From: Harriotta raleighana
Lineage: Eukaryota
Assembly: GCA_050575255.1 (NCBI GenBank)
Contig: JBNZDD010013669.1
Coordinates: 3,082,589 to 3,146,588, forward strand
Direction of reading: 5' to 3'
DNA length: 64,000 bases
Part shown: piece after piece, positions 63,623 to 64,000 of the stretch
Layout: every line of letters begins with the position of its first letter
How positions within the stretch are numbered: position 1 is the stretch's first letter
The notes under the pieces: generated by a model
Told to the model about the DNA's origin: nothing
The model's input: only the letters and a program-made list of their open reading frames with translations
Database searches by the model: none
Translations under genes and position numbers: made by a program

Positions 63623-63859
63623 GTGAGCACTCAGGCACAACTAGCAGCTACAGTTTAATATAAAAGTCTTTATATTAGTCGCTGTCATTGAAAAGTTGTA
63701 CATATTATGCACAGCCATAAGAGAAATCTTATTATTACTGTAATTGCATCAGATAATCAAGTGTTAAAAGATAAAATTGCAGTCCAAATTTAGAGTTGGT
63801 TTAAATTCTTAGTTATGACTAATTATGCTATCTTTTGTGGAACTTTAAATATGACAGAG

Positions 63860-64000
63860 AATCTCTGAAAGTGAATGATTGAAGGAATATAAACTAAAAG
63901 AATATAGGAGTGAAATTAGGAGACATTTTTTCACCAAAGGGTAGTGGAAATCTGAAACTTCCCCCAAAAAGTTGTGGATGCTGAATCCATTTACATTTTC
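63860..64000 (+). mobile_element. CR1 LINE 3' fragment
   Basis: ttaggagacattttttcaccaaagggtagtggaaatctg..gtggatgct, typical CR1 ORF2 end. Confidence 0.7.

Overview
Vertebrate genomic DNA, repeat-rich and AT-rich. The repeat landscape (L2 and CR1 LINEs, DeuSINE-like tRNA SINEs, Penelope-type hammerhead-bearing repeats, Tigger-like MITEs) suggests a cartilaginous fish; this is an inference. Two genes sit head-to-head, as INSIG2 and CCDC93 do in human. INSIG2 is on the minus strand: a probable non-coding exon 1 in a CpG island at about 22.2-22.75 kb, and coding exons at 9440-9689, 8505-8629 and 7464-7630. I could not find its last two exons, which probably lie left of the window. CCDC93 is on the plus strand: exon 2 is at 63509-63622, and exon 1 was not found and is probably lost in an assembly gap. 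The ~38 kb between the genes has no recognisable coding sequence. Notable observations: a U12-type minor intron in INSIG2, a short uORF and a second in-frame ATG in the INSIG2 leader, degenerate minimal hammerhead-ribozyme motifs in short Penelope-like insertions, convergent CTCF motifs around the INSIG2 promoter, a GC-shifted SINE copy in the CpG island, and an unexplained CpG-rich 0.55 kb segment. Several single-N junctions flanked by duplicated sequence are assembly artefacts. I see no clear evidence of a wholly new biological system. Repeat boundaries are approximate unless TSDs or TIRs are given.
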